A DNA stretch of 64,000 nt from Candidatus Omnitrophota bacterium (GTDB lineage: Bacteria; Omnitrophota; Gorgyraeia; Zapsychrales; JANLHA01). Positions 1 through 10,822 of the stretch are shown in pieces. The position numbers and the translations under genes were made by a program. Positions within the stretch are counted from its first letter, which is position 1, and the number at the start of each line of letters is the position of its first letter. The DNA is taken from assembly GCA_040753435.1 (NCBI GenBank), contig JBFMEN010000067.1, forward strand, positions 2,441 to 66,440, in the 5' to 3' direction. Below the pieces are notes generated by a model that saw only the letters and a program-made list of their open reading frames with translations, made no database searches and was not told where the DNA came from.

Positions 1-362
1 ACGTCAACGAGGTTGGATCTTATTTAATGCAACAATTACATGAGAAAGGAATTGTTCTTAACGGTTTTTATTACTGCCCCCATCAGGCTTCTTCCGGCAA
101 GCAGCTTGAATGTTTTTGTCATAAACCCCGGGAAGGTTTACTGCTTCAGGCGTCACTGGATCATTCGATTGACCTCCGTCAGTCGTGGATGATCGGAGAT
201 ATCCTGGATGACGTTGAAGCCGGAAACCGGGCCGGTTGCCGAACGATATTCATTAATAACGGAAATGAAACAGAGTGGAAGATGAATCGTTTGCGTGAAC
301 CTGAATTTTATGCCGACAGCTTATTGGCAGCGGCATTTTATATTCAACAGAACCGGCGTTAA
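1..362 (+). CDS. gmhB: HAD-IIIA phosphatase, D,D-heptose-1,7-bisphosphate phosphatase (GmhB-like); 5' end outside the window
   Basis: Zn-site motifs YYCPH...C.CHKP..G and SWMIGDILDDVEAGNRAGC; the frame is open to the window start; neighbours are GT9 and HldE. Confidence 0.85.
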   Translation, partial: VNEVGSYLMQQLHEKGIVLNGFYYCPHQASSGKQLECFCHKPREGLLLQASLDHSIDLRQSWMIGDILDDVEAGNRAGCRTIFINNGNETEWKMNRLREPEFYADSLLAAAFYIQQNRR

Positions 363-371
363 GGCAAGCAC

Positions 372-1466
372 ATGGGTTCACACTTGTTTGGAAAGAATAT
401 TCTTTGTATCCGGCTTGATAACATGGGGGACGTCTTGATGTGTTCACCTGCCATCCATGCTATTAAAGATTCGATTGCCGGTTGCTCCGTGACCATGCTT
501 GTTTCATCAACCGGGAAGGCCATAGCTTCATTGATTGACAGCATTGACAGATTAATCACCTATGACGCGCCCTGGATGAAGCAGACTCAGGCGAAACCCG
601 ATCCCAATGTTACCCTCAGCACCGTTAAACTCCTTAAAAATTTGAATTTCGACAGCGCAATCATTTTTACGACCTATTCCCAAAGCGCCCTTCCAGCCGC
701 CCTGTTATGTTATTTGGCAGGTATACGGGTCCGAGTTGGCTATTGCCGCGAAAATCCCTATTATTTATTAACACATTGGCAAGCAGAAGAGGAGCCGCAC
801 CAGTTTATAAGGCATGAAGTCAAACGCCAGATCGACCTTGTCGATTATTATGGATGCCGCACGATCGAACCGCGATTGCGTCTGTCAATTAAAACACCAG
901 CCGCCTGCAAAATCAGTCTGATAACGAAAAATTTTCAGTCAAAATGGTATGTTCTTCATGCCGGAGCTTCCGCGCCTTCACGGTGTTATCCGGTGCATTC
1001 TTATGCTAAAGTCGTCAATTTAATGCGTCATAAAGGCTGGCAGACTATCCTGACTGGAAGTGAAAATGAGCGGGACTACGTAGAACAGATTAATAATTCA
1101 AGTGGTAACACATGTATTAATTTAAGCGGCGGGTTATCAGTAGAGGAATTGTGCGCGCTGATCGCCAGGTCCCCATTTTTATTGTCGAATAATACCTGTC
1201 CTGTCCACATAGCCAGCGCGGTCGGTACACCTGTTGTTGTTTTGTATGCCCTGACAAATCCTCAGCACTGTCCCTGGAATGTCCCTTCCCGTGTTTTATT
1301 TATGGAGACTGACTGCGGTTTCTGCTACAAAAGCATTTGTCCAAAAGGACACCATCAATGCCTTGACTCAATTTCACCCGAAAACATCGTCACCGCAATT
1401 CATGATCTGCTAAAAGAAAGCCCACCGGTTTTGCATATCACTAATCTTTTTCAACAAAATCCCTAA
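372..1466 (+). CDS. Glycosyltransferase family 9 (heptosyltransferase-like)
   Basis: ILCIRLDNMGDVLM N-terminal motif; VLHAGASAPSRCYP; SNNTCPVHIASAVGTPVVVLY. Confidence 0.9.
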   Translation: MGSHLFGKNILCIRLDNMGDVLMCSPAIHAIKDSIAGCSVTMLVSSTGKAIASLIDSIDRLITYDAPWMKQTQAKPDPNVTLSTVKLLKNLNFDSAIIFTTYSQSALPAALLCYLAGIRVRVGYCRENPYYLLTHWQAEEEPHQFIRHEVKRQIDLVDYYGCRTIEPRLRLSIKTPAACKISLITKNFQSKWYVLHAGASAPSRCYPVHSYAKVVNLMRHKGWQTILTGSENERDYVEQINNSSGNTCINLSGGLSVEELCALIARSPFLLSNNTCPVHIASAVGTPVVVLYALTNPQHCPWNVPSRVLFMETDCGFCYKSICPKGHHQCLDSISPENIVTAIHDLLKESPPVLHITNLFQQNP

Positions 1467-1563
1467 CGGTAGAACCGCATTAATAAGAAGTAGAATAAAG
1501 CACTGTCGAAGCCTTCTTTTTTACTCTATTGTAGTAGCGCATAAACGATCTAACAAGGAGGGC

Positions 1564-2004
1564 ATGATGGACAAAGGCGAAGTCGTCGAACATTTGAATG
1601 ATCTGATTAACCTTGATATTGACGCATCAAACAGTTATTTGCAAGCCGTCGAAAAGATTGACGACACCAGCATCCAGGAACAGATGCTGACATTTCGGGA
1701 GGAGCATGAACGGCATATCGATAGCTTGAACGGGGAACTGCAAAAAATGGGAGAGAAGCCGTCGAAACGAACTAAAGATTTTAAAGGATATTTAATGGAG
1801 GGTTTTACGGCATTAAGAAGCGCGTCGGGGACATCGGGAGCGCTGGAGGCAATGAAACAGAATGAAAAATTAGTAAACAAAAAATACAAGGAAGCTGTTA
1901 AATGGGAAGTGCCGGAAGAAGTCCATCGTATTATTCAGGAAAATTATGAAGATGTCCAGGAGCATCTTATGTACATCAACATCAAACTTGACGAAATAAA
2001 ATAA
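1564..2004 (+). CDS. Ferritin-like (PA2169/DUF2383-type) four-helix protein
   Basis: LNDLINLDIDA...EEHERHI...E...Y...EHL ferritin-like pattern; AAGGAGG RBS upstream. Confidence 0.8.
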   Translation: MMDKGEVVEHLNDLINLDIDASNSYLQAVEKIDDTSIQEQMLTFREEHERHIDSLNGELQKMGEKPSKRTKDFKGYLMEGFTALRSASGTSGALEAMKQNEKLVNKKYKEAVKWEVPEEVHRIIQENYEDVQEHLMYINIKLDEIK

Positions 2005-2016
2005 GGAATCGGAACC

Positions 2017-2310
2017 ATGGCCAAGAAAACAACAGATCATGAGAAGATCAGAGAATGGGTGGAGCAGCGGGAGGGAAAACCTTCTGTTGTCAAGTCAACG
2101 CATAATGACAGTAACGGAATTCTGCAAATTAATTTTCCTGATTATCGAGGCAAAAATACATTGGAGGATATCTCATGGGATGAGTTTTTTAACATCTTTG
2201 ACAAACGTGATCTTTCATTTGTATACCAGGAAAAGACAGCGGGGGGAGAGCCGAGCCATTTTTTCAAGTTCATATCACAAAAGAAATCACGAGTTAGCGT
2301 GCCGCATTGA
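2017..2310 (+). CDS. Small conserved stress-cluster protein of unknown function
   Basis: TTDHEKIREWVEQREGKP...ISWDEFF..FD...L.FVYQE..G..S.FFKF, a widespread small-protein pattern; AAGGA RBS. Confidence 0.7.
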   Translation: MAKKTTDHEKIREWVEQREGKPSVVKSTHNDSNGILQINFPDYRGKNTLEDISWDEFFNIFDKRDLSFVYQEKTAGGEPSHFFKFISQKKSRVSVPH

Positions 2311-2763
2311 AAATTTTTATTTTTTAAAGGGGGATCGATGCATATTTCCGAAAATTTAAAATTCGGCAGTGGAAGATTTGGAAAATATGCCGGATATTCC
2401 AGGTTTGAGATCCCCTTAACACAACATATTTTCCAGCAACCGTTTAAGATCCCAAAGCGCCTTACTGACCCGGACGAAAAAGCCCGTGAAAAAGATGCGT
2501 TGACGCTTGTCGCGTATCGAGGGGTTCCTGAGAATTCAAGAACGCCTTCGGGAGTCTTCATAATCACATCGCTTAATGCCTACGGAGGATATCCTGCCTG
2601 TTTCGACTACTCATTTTTATTAGGCAGTCTTGGGGATTTTACGCGGTTCGCTGGTTTTAAATGTTACTGAAAGCTTGCGCATATGTTGCTTGCCTAAACA
2701 AAGGCCGGGGGAGATGAAATCCACTGAAGCCTGCTGGTTTATTAAGAAAAGGAGACGAAACTT

Positions 2764-3195
2764 ATGAGTATATTTAAAACCCTGGAGAACGAGCATGATC
2801 AAGTACGGATGATGTTCAAAGAATCAATGAAAGAAGAAGGCAAAGGCAAAGTTTTTTATGATCTTGATCGTCTGCTTGACAGGCACATGGAAGGCGAGGA
2901 AAAGTATTTGTACCCTGAAATGAAAGTCCTGGGGTTCGAAGAAGACACACTGGAATCAATTGAAGAACATCATGTCGCCAAACTGGTTTTAAATGAACTC
3001 CGGGAAATGTCGGGTAAAGAAGAGAATTGGACGCCGAAACTCCAGGTTCTTAAAGAGACTGTTGAGCATCACCTGGAGGAGGAAGAAGATAAACTTTTTC
3101 CCGAAGCCGCGAAAAAAATCGTTCCCAGTGAAGAAAGAAATATCGAGGAACAATATCAGGAATTAAAAGAGCAAATGGAGGAGTCAGGTAAATAA
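2764..3195 (+). CDS. Hemerythrin (HHE) domain protein
   Basis: EH...RHMEGEEKYLYP...EEHH...VEHHLEEEEDKLFP; AAGGAG RBS. Confidence 0.85.
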   Translation: MSIFKTLENEHDQVRMMFKESMKEEGKGKVFYDLDRLLDRHMEGEEKYLYPEMKVLGFEEDTLESIEEHHVAKLVLNELREMSGKEENWTPKLQVLKETVEHHLEEEEDKLFPEAAKKIVPSEERNIEEQYQELKEQMEESGK

Positions 3196-3367
3196 ATAGC
3201 GGTGAGTTAACCGGAGTTTATGAAGTGAATTGATGAAGACGGGGATGCCGACAGTCTTCGACATCATGGTGAATATTCCAACAAGGCATCCCTTTTATTT
3301 TGTCACATCATTTTACTAAGGCGGCAATTGAAAAGTTTATTGTCTTCATTGACGGAGATATTTCTTG

Positions 3368-4981
3368 ATGCAGAAGTTCTTATGGTGGCAAAAAGATATT
3401 ATTTATCAGATTTATCCGCTCTCATTTATGGATAGCAATAACGACGGTTGCGGCGATCTCAGGGGGATTATCAACCGTCTTCATTATCTGGAATGGCTTA
3501 ATATTGATGCGATTTGGTTGTCGCCCATTTTCGAGTCACCAATGGTCGATTTGGGCTACGACATCACAAACCATAAACAGATTAACCCAATCTTTGGCAC
3601 AATGCAGGATTTTGAAGAACTTCTTGCCGCCTGTCATGCGCTTGATATAAAAGTCATACTGGATTATGTACCCAACCATACCTCGGATCAGCATTCCTGG
3701 TTTCTGGAATCGCGTTCATCACGTTCAAATCCAAAAAGAGATTGGTACTTGTGGAAAGATGCGGCTGAAAACGGAGGGCCTCCGAATAACTGGTTATCGG
3801 CTTTTGGAGGAAGCGCATGGGAATGGGATGAAAAAACAGAACAGTATTACTATCATGCGTTTTATCCGCAACAACCGGATTTGAATTGGCGTAACCCCAT
3901 GGTTCAGGATGCCATGTTTGATATTATGCGATTCTGGTTTGATAAAGGCGTTGACGGATTCAGAATCGATGTGCTATGGCATCTCATTAAAGATGAACGT
4001 TTTCGTGATAATCCGATTAATCCAGAATACGAAGAGGGGAAGTCTGAATATCATTGCTTTATTCCGGTCTATTCCGCAGATCAGCCGGAAGTGCATGATA
4101 TCGTGGTTAAGATGCGGAAAATTGCAGATGAATACAATGACCGTGTGTTGATTGGGGAAATCTATCTTCCCATTCAACAGCTTGTCAATTATTACGGACT
4201 TGAACAGCGGCCGGGGATTCATTTGCCCTTCAATTTTCAGTTCATCTTATGCCCATGGAATGCTTTTGAGATTTATACAGCCATTAATGATTATGAGGCA
4301 ACTCTACCTGATTTCGCCTGGCCTAACTGGGTTCTGGGGAACCATGATCAATCACGGGTTATTAATCGGCTTGGAATCAGCCAGGCAAAAATTGCCGCCA
4401 TGCTTTTATTTATGCTTCGCGGCACACCGGTTGTTTATTATGGCGATGAACTTGGGATGTCGGATACCCCGATTCCACGGATTCCCGATCCTGAAAGCAA
4501 ACAATTTCCCAATCTTGGATCAGACCGGAGTCCGGAACGTTCGCCGATGCAATGGGCCCCTTTTGATAACGCTGGATTTTCGTGCGCGAAAAGCTGGCTC
4601 CCAATCAATGAAAACTATCTTTCCTTTAATGTTGAAACGGAAGCGCAGCATGATAACTCAATGCTCATGTTTTATTATCGATTAATGGAACTGCGGAAAG
4701 AAGAGGCGGCGTTACAGATAGGAAGATACATTCCAGCTTGCCAACATGGAAATGCATTGTCATTTTTAAGGCATTGGGAAGATCGTCTGTTTTTGATCGC
4801 AGTAAACCTCGGCGAGAGCGACGAAACCCTGACGATCCCGGATCAATTACCGGTGTCAGGAAAGATTGTTTTCGGCACTCATCCGGATTCATTCGGCCGA
4901 AAAGTTTCGCAACAAATCAATTTGAAGCCGAATGAGGGAATTGTCGGCCGGCTTATTTACGAACGTGGCTTTTATGAATAA
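3368..4981 (+). CDS. GH13 alpha-glucosidase / alpha-amylase family hydrolase
   Basis: WWQKDIIYQIYPLSF, DYVPNHTS, GVDGFRIDV, IGEIY, GNHD, YYGDELG. Confidence 0.95.
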   Translation: MQKFLWWQKDIIYQIYPLSFMDSNNDGCGDLRGIINRLHYLEWLNIDAIWLSPIFESPMVDLGYDITNHKQINPIFGTMQDFEELLAACHALDIKVILDYVPNHTSDQHSWFLESRSSRSNPKRDWYLWKDAAENGGPPNNWLSAFGGSAWEWDEKTEQYYYHAFYPQQPDLNWRNPMVQDAMFDIMRFWFDKGVDGFRIDVLWHLIKDERFRDNPINPEYEEGKSEYHCFIPVYSADQPEVHDIVVKMRKIADEYNDRVLIGEIYLPIQQLVNYYGLEQRPGIHLPFNFQFILCPWNAFEIYTAINDYEATLPDFAWPNWVLGNHDQSRVINRLGISQAKIAAMLLFMLRGTPVVYYGDELGMSDTPIPRIPDPESKQFPNLGSDRSPERSPMQWAPFDNAGFSCAKSWLPINENYLSFNVETEAQHDNSMLMFYYRLMELRKEEAALQIGRYIPACQHGNALSFLRHWEDRLFLIAVNLGESDETLTIPDQLPVSGKIVFGTHPDSFGRKVSQQINLKPNEGIVGRLIYERGFYE

Positions 4982-5000
4982 ATAAAGATTAAAACAGTTC

Positions 5001-6536
5001 TTGAAGAAACTTTCAATGGTTAAGCCGATTAAAAATGAATTACATGATGATCTGTTTGGTATACCTGCACCCCTCGATATGATCAGCGTTTTAAAAAAAT
5101 TCCGGGGAAAGAAAATTCTTGTTGTCGGCGAAGGTATTCTTGACAGCTATCTTTATGGGATATCCCAACAATTATGCCGTGAAGCGCCAGTTCCGGTCAT
5201 TTCTCTTCTTGATACAAAACTGTCGGCAGGCGGGGCCGCTAATACAGCGGTCAGTTTAGCCCTGCTGGGAGCGGATGTGACATTTATGACAATCCTGGGC
5301 AATGATCCTGAGGGCGATGAACTTCGCCGGATTTTAAAGAGTTATGGTATTCATACTGAAAATATTTTCCTGAATCCGGAACGCTCGACCATTTTTAAAC
5401 AACGCATTATTTCCGGAAATCAACTTTTAATCAGAATCGACAAAGGGACAAAAGACCCGATCAAAGGAGAACAATGCGCCAGGTTTTCGGAACGTCTGAA
5501 AGAAATTATCGGAGAATTTGATTCGATGATCGTTTCGGATTATATGTCCGGGCTGCTGACTCCCCAACTTATTGAAGGGATCGTTTCGATGATTAAATCA
5601 GCAGGAATAATTACGGCCCTGGACGCGAGATCGCTCTCACCATACCTTGGGTCCGGTTTTTACATTATCAAACCGAACTATATTGAGGCCGTCAATCTGC
5701 TTGGAATTCCAGAGGCGCATGGATCAGAACGCGTCAAACAAATAATTTCACACGGCCAGACAATTCTTAAAAAAACAAAGGCGTCAATCGCCGCAGTAAC
5801 ATTGGATGCAGACGGAGCTGTTATTTTTGAGAAAGATCATCGTCCTTACCGGATTTATGCCAGGCCGCTTGCTCATCCCAATACGGCAGGCGCGGGCGAC
5901 ACGTTCATCAGCGCGTTTGTTTTATCTTTGGCATCGAAGACGAATTCTTCGGTGGCGGCGGAAATCGCTTCATTTGCGGCCGCCATTGCCATTGGTAAAA
6001 AAGAGGCCACGGTCACCTGCTCAAACCAGGAACTGATAGGTTTTTTAACGAAAAAAAATAAAGAAATCACGAGTCTTGCCGAACTTGCCGATCTTAAAGC
6101 CTTTTACGCTTCTCAAGGATTCAAAATCATATTCACCAATGGATGTTTTGATATTCTTCATCGTGGTCATATCTATTTCCTCAATCAATGCAAATCTTTG
6201 GGCGACATCTTGATTGTCGGAGTGAACAATGACGAAAGTATACGCCTAATTAAGGGTCAGAATCGCCCCTTAAATAGACTAAGCGACAGGCTTCAGATTT
6301 TACAGTCCTTAAGCTGTGTCAATCATGTCATCGGTTTTCATGGCCCCGCGCCGCTTGAAATCATCCGGGTATTAAAACCGCATATCTTTGTTAAAGGGAG
6401 CAATCACCATATTGATTGTTTACCGGAAGTCCCAGTTATTCGCCAGCAAGGGGGTGAGATCTGTTTGCTCCCGTATCTTAATGAATATTCAACTGAAGGA
6501 ATTATTGAACGTGTAAAAACCAGCATGCAAAATTAA
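5001..6536 (+). CDS. hldE: Bifunctional heptose-7-P kinase / heptose-1-P adenylyltransferase (HldE/RfaE-like)
   Basis: PfkB domain (GGAANTA, AGAGDTF) fused to a nucleotidyltransferase (FTNGCFDILHRGH, GVNNDESIR, STEGII). Confidence 0.9.
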   Translation: MKKLSMVKPIKNELHDDLFGIPAPLDMISVLKKFRGKKILVVGEGILDSYLYGISQQLCREAPVPVISLLDTKLSAGGAANTAVSLALLGADVTFMTILGNDPEGDELRRILKSYGIHTENIFLNPERSTIFKQRIISGNQLLIRIDKGTKDPIKGEQCARFSERLKEIIGEFDSMIVSDYMSGLLTPQLIEGIVSMIKSAGIITALDARSLSPYLGSGFYIIKPNYIEAVNLLGIPEAHGSERVKQIISHGQTILKKTKASIAAVTLDADGAVIFEKDHRPYRIYARPLAHPNTAGAGDTFISAFVLSLASKTNSSVAAEIASFAAAIAIGKKEATVTCSNQELIGFLTKKNKEITSLAELADLKAFYASQGFKIIFTNGCFDILHRGHIYFLNQCKSLGDILIVGVNNDESIRLIKGQNRPLNRLSDRLQILQSLSCVNHVIGFHGPAPLEIIRVLKPHIFVKGSNHHIDCLPEVPVIRQQGGEICLLPYLNEYSTEGIIERVKTSMQN

Positions 6537-6576
6537 ACAATAACATCATCAGAAGTCATTATGAAATTAATTAACA

Positions 6577-7365
6577 ATGTCCAGGGAAAATATTATCAAA
6601 AGGAGTATGAAAATGCTCACGGTCATGAGTTTAAACTGTAATTGCTTATCTGATAAGCATGGCCCTTGGGAAAAGCGGGCGATCTTGATGGCCGATCTCA
6701 TTGCCAGAATCCGCCCGGATATCATTCTTTTTCAAGCCGCTGCTCTTCATCCGGTCCGCACCAATGGCATCGATCAAGGGAGCGAGATCGCCAGGATGGC
6801 AGACTATCCTTATGCGGTTTTTGAGCAATCCGATTGTATGCCGGACCGTTTGGTCCTCGGCCAAACCATAATTTCAAAATACCCTGTAACCGGCGTCGAA
6901 ACACTTCAACTCTCTCCAGCTCCGGGAATTGCTGATCGGACAAAAAGGCTGGTGATGAAAGGGGAGGTCCTGCTTAATGAAGGCATTTTATACCTTTACA
7001 ACGCCTACTTCTCGTGGATTGCGGAACAAACACGTCAAAACCTCGAAGAATCCCTGCCTTTTATAAATAAATGTGATGGCATGGCCCTGCTGATGGGAGA
7101 TCTCAATACTCCGGAGATGCAGGTCTTTGAACCTTTGCGCAAGGCCGGCTGGAAAGATGTATGGATTTTGTTGAAAAAAGAAACTGCCGGGGCTACGTTT
7201 GAATCCCACAAGCCTGAGATCAGAATTGATTATGCCTGGGCCAATGAATATTTAGAAAAATATGTTGATACCGTTGAAACTTTTAATCACCAATCGGAAG
7301 ATGGTCTGATCCGGATGTCGGATCATCTCGCCCTGATGGTTACATTAACATTAAACCCATCATAA
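6577..7365 (+). CDS. Endonuclease/exonuclease/phosphatase family protein (start may be 6613)
   Basis: VMSLN, PDIILFQ, MGDLN, RIDY, SDH motifs. Confidence 0.85.
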   Translation: MSRENIIKRSMKMLTVMSLNCNCLSDKHGPWEKRAILMADLIARIRPDIILFQAAALHPVRTNGIDQGSEIARMADYPYAVFEQSDCMPDRLVLGQTIISKYPVTGVETLQLSPAPGIADRTKRLVMKGEVLLNEGILYLYNAYFSWIAEQTRQNLEESLPFINKCDGMALLMGDLNTPEMQVFEPLRKAGWKDVWILLKKETAGATFESHKPEIRIDYAWANEYLEKYVDTVETFNHQSEDGLIRMSDHLALMVTLTLNPS

Positions 7366-7370
7366 TATTT

Positions 7371-8210
7371 ATGTCAGAGAAGAAAATTGATATTCTTATC
7401 CCGACCTGCAGTCGTCTGACTGCCCTGGCTATCACGTTAACAGGTTTATGCGCCCAATCATTTAATGAATTTGATGTCGTTATATCTGATCAAAGTGACG
7501 ATGATACAATTCATACATCAAAGGAAATCGCTGCAGTTAAAGCCGTTCTTGCTTCACACGGCAATCAATTGATTATCATGACCAATATTCCAAAAAAGGG
7601 AATGGCCGAACAGCGGCAATTTCTCCTTAATCAGGTAAACAAACCTTATTGTCTTTTCCTTGATGACGACCTTTTAATTGAAAATGATATGCTGTCTCGA
7701 TTGCTCAATGCTATCGTTGAAGAAAAGTGCGGGTTTGTCGGCGCAGCTCCGATCGGCCTTAGTTATATTCAGGACGTCCGGCCGCATGAACAGCAAATCG
7801 AATTCTGGGTTGGCCCCGTCAAGCCTGAAACAATAATTCCAGGTGATCAAAAATGGAAACGCCATTCTTTACACAACGCGGCGAACATTTACCATGTCCA
7901 GCAGGAACTGAAGCTTTCACCTGAGAATCAAAAAAAATATAAGGTGGCCTGGGTCGGAGGTTGTGTTTTGTATGATTCGGAAAAATTAAAAAAAGCGGGG
8001 GGATATTCCTTCTGGCAGGATCTGCCGCCAAATCATTGCGGCGAAGATGTTCTTGCCCAGCTTCGTGTCATGAAAAAATTTGGCGGTTGCGGGATCATTC
8101 CTTCGGGAGTTTATCATCTTGAAATTCCGACCATGGTCACTGACAGAAGGATAAATGCTCCGGAATTCCTGAACAGGGGGCGGGACGCCCGCCCCCACGA
8201 TAACGTCTAA
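7371..8210 (+). CDS. Glycosyltransferase family 2
   Basis: IDILIPT..R, VVISDQS, LFLDDD, GEDV. Confidence 0.85.
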   Translation: MSEKKIDILIPTCSRLTALAITLTGLCAQSFNEFDVVISDQSDDDTIHTSKEIAAVKAVLASHGNQLIIMTNIPKKGMAEQRQFLLNQVNKPYCLFLDDDLLIENDMLSRLLNAIVEEKCGFVGAAPIGLSYIQDVRPHEQQIEFWVGPVKPETIIPGDQKWKRHSLHNAANIYHVQQELKLSPENQKKYKVAWVGGCVLYDSEKLKKAGGYSFWQDLPPNHCGEDVLAQLRVMKKFGGCGIIPSGVYHLEIPTMVTDRRINAPEFLNRGRDARPHDNV

Positions 8211-8752
8211 TCTTCCAGCAGTTCATCCTCTGTAAACGACTCCTCATTATCATACCAGTATCCTTCACCTTCATACTGAGAACCATCATCCTCATCCCGA
8301 TAGCGATCAGCATCTTCCATTCCGGTATCCTCATCATACAAATCTACTTTATATTCAATCTTATCGTAATAATCTTCGGCTTTTTCAATCCAATCGTCCT
8401 TAAGCAACTTGCCCCCATCATAGATCTGCTCGGGAACATAGGGGGCAAGTGCGAATTCCGACTTGCTGATTCCAACGGTCAGATGCCCATCCTTAATATA
8501 AAGTTCATCTGAAGGAATAATGTAATATCGTTGTGATATTTTGATCAAGCCTACCGGATATTCAACAACAACACTATCAACCCTGCCTGTCTGTTTGTTC
8601 ATGACGACACGGTCAATAATTCCGATTCTGTCTTCACCTCGGTAAACTGCTTCACCCAACAATGCTTCACTCTCATCCAGCCTGGATTTATGGGCGGAAA
8701 CAGAACTGCAAGAGGCTATTAAAACTGTCGTGACAATGAGAATAAAATACAT
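8207..8752 (-). CDS. PRC-barrel domain lipoprotein
   Basis: Signal with lipobox-like IASC; LLGEAVY..EDRIGIIDRVVMN..TGRV PRC pattern; acidic tail. Confidence 0.7.
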   Translation of the reverse strand: MYFILIVTTVLIASCSSVSAHKSRLDESEALLGEAVYRGEDRIGIIDRVVMNKQTGRVDSVVVEYPVGLIKISQRYYIIPSDELYIKDGHLTVGISKSEFALAPYVPEQIYDGGKLLKDDWIEKAEDYYDKIEYKVDLYDEDTGMEDADRYRDEDDGSQYEGEGYWYDNEESFTEDELLED

Positions 8753-8755
8753 AAT

Positions 8756-9562
8756 TTATTCAATTCCGATTCCATACTCGCTGGAATATTCATCTTCAGA
8801 CCATTCCTGGCCGTAACGACAAGCGGCATTCGGATCTTCCTGCATGTTAAGGATTAAATCACCGCCTTCGCTGCTCAAACTGTTCCAGTCAATCCGGCAT
8901 GAATTTTCACCGATACCTAGAAATCCTCCGGTCCCGACAACGACGCCCGTAACTTCACCTGTTCTCCGGTCAATCAGAACTTCTTCAATCTCGCCGACTT
9001 CTTCGTCCTGGGTATTATAAATCTGTTCTCCAAGCAAACGGCTTGCCGAAACATCATCAACCGGAGATTGCGGTCTTTGCTGCATCTGCTGGTCTTCCTC
9101 AAATTCTATGCCCATTTCATCCTCATAACGTGGATTCATCTGATACCGGCGCTGATCATATTCTTCCTGATATTGACCCTGATCGAACAAGCCCCGACCC
9201 TTACGCGTCCTTAAAGGGCACATCCTTTCAACGCGGCGGGCATCCATATTGACGACAAGATTCCCTCGATCCATTGAAACCCGATCCCAGGGGATCTTGC
9301 AAAGGTTTTTATCGGTCTGCATAAAATCAGACACATCAACCGAAATACTGCTGATATCTCCCTGTTGACGATCAATAAAGATCTTCTGGATTTCACCAAT
9401 CTCCTGATTATCCTGCGTATATAAAGTTTCTCCAAGGATATCAGAGGCCCGCATCTGTCTTTGTTTCATCTCGCCGCGATCCTCACGCTGCGCGTTTGCA
9501 ACAGGATTAACCAGAATGATTCCTGATATTACTGCAAATGCGAAAATAAATAACTTTCTCAT
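8756..9562 (-). CDS. Secreted protein with two PRC-barrel domains
   Basis: Signal peptide; two copies of AS.LLGE..Y.Q...EIGEI...IDR..G; GGFLGIGE; AAGGAGGG RBS. Confidence 0.85.
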   Translation of the reverse strand: MRKLFIFAFAVISGIILVNPVANAQREDRGEMKQRQMRASDILGETLYTQDNQEIGEIQKIFIDRQQGDISSISVDVSDFMQTDKNLCKIPWDRVSMDRGNLVVNMDARRVERMCPLRTRKGRGLFDQGQYQEEYDQRRYQMNPRYEDEMGIEFEEDQQMQQRPQSPVDDVSASRLLGEQIYNTQDEEVGEIEEVLIDRRTGEVTGVVVGTGGFLGIGENSCRIDWNSLSSEGGDLILNMQEDPNAACRYGQEWSEDEYSSEYGIGIE

Positions 9563-9726
9563 ATTCCCTCCTTAATCTCGATTCGTTTGCCGCTGTTTAA
9601 AATTCTTCCTTTTTTGAAGTCACTTGCTTCATACCAACGCTCTCATCTTAAAATGATCCTGTCGTGAGTAAATCTGCTTTATCCGCTTCAATTTAACAAA
9701 ATGTCACTTTAAATTAAGGGGAAATG

Positions 9727-10821
9727 CTATCGTGATAAAGAGAGGCGTTCAGGGATCTTTGAAAACTTCTGAAAAAGTTCGCAGGCTGAAATTTCGACAT
9801 CCTCTTCGTTTATTTCTGAAACAAACGATTCGTCATGGGGGCAGTCATAATAGATGCAGTTTTTACCACAAACCGGACAATCGAGGCGCCAGGAAATATG
9901 GACAATATTTTGCTTCATGGAAACCGGAGCTGCATTAATCATGTTTCCAACCCAGTAAATACCAACAGTCGGTGTGCCAACTGCCCGGGATAGATGGAGG
10001 GGGCCTGTATCATTTGAGATAACAAGGGAAGAATCAGCAAGAAGGCCGGTTAAACCATTGACAGTGAGCTTTCCGGTCAGATCTACTACAGGATATTTGA
10101 TGGCCGAAGACAGCTCGGCTGTCAAATTTCTTTCCGATTCGATTCCGGTAATCACGATAGTCGCTCCAAGTTTCGCAATTCTATCCGCAGTGCGTGCGAA
10201 CTTTTTAACAGGCCAGCGCCTTCGATGATCGCTGGCTCCCGGATGAATCACTACAAGCCTGTTCGCCGTTGCCGGGATTGCCCTGGCGGCCTCATCATAA
10301 TCATTTCTGGTGACACGAATAATTGAATTGATAGAAACAACGGGAGCCCCGATTAACGACACAACGTCAAGCAATCGATGGACCTCAGATTGGTACGTAA
10401 AATAAGGGATCCAACGGTCAAGCGGAGGGGAACCTGGCGCCCTCATACCGACGGTGATTCTGGCATTAAGGGCTTTGATAAAGGGATTTGAGTACCGGCC
10501 GCCGCCGTATAATTGCAGGCCGATGTCAAAATTCTCCTGCCGCATCCGTTGAAAAAAATTTTCGATTGCATCAGGGTCTTCCGGGACACCGGCTTTGGAA
10601 TAAACTCCCTGCATATACGGGACAACTTCGACACGGTCAATGGGGCCCGGACGGCGTCGTAGGAAATCGGCCTGCCAGTGCTGGCCAAGAAGGACGATTT
10701 CGGCCTGCGGATAGGCATGCCGGACCGCTTCAAGGGCCGGCAGCGTCACCAGGAAATCGCCGATCGCGTTCGACCTTAAGACGGCAATTTTCCTGACGTC
10801 GGAAACTTTTGTCGCTGACAT
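9727..10821 (-). CDS. Glycosyltransferase family 9
   Basis: KIAVLRSNAIGDFLVTLPAL, HPGASDHRRRWP, SNDTGPLHL; start set at MSATKV, adjacent to the upstream gene's stop. Confidence 0.9.
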   Translation of the reverse strand: MSATKVSDVRKIAVLRSNAIGDFLVTLPALEAVRHAYPQAEIVLLGQHWQADFLRRRPGPIDRVEVVPYMQGVYSKAGVPEDPDAIENFFQRMRQENFDIGLQLYGGGRYSNPFIKALNARITVGMRAPGSPPLDRWIPYFTYQSEVHRLLDVVSLIGAPVVSINSIIRVTRNDYDEAARAIPATANRLVVIHPGASDHRRRWPVKKFARTADRIAKLGATIVITGIESERNLTAELSSAIKYPVVDLTGKLTVNGLTGLLADSSLVISNDTGPLHLSRAVGTPTVGIYWVGNMINAAPVSMKQNIVHISWRLDCPVCGKNCIYYDCPHDESFVSEINEEDVEISACELFQKFSKIPERLSLSR

Positions 10822-10822
10822 G

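Noticed and set aside
2338-2670. 110-aa ORF with a possible RBS in the gap before the hemerythrin gene; also considered as an ncRNA
   Set aside because: No recognisable motif, overlapping opposite-strand ORFs of similar size, and no RNA family signature I can support
3235-3301. GGGATGCC...GGCATCCC-TTTT stem with an alternative GAAGAC/GTCTTC pairing (terminator or attenuator)
   Set aside because: The loop is ~35 nt and there is no riboswitch consensus; cannot be supported without folding
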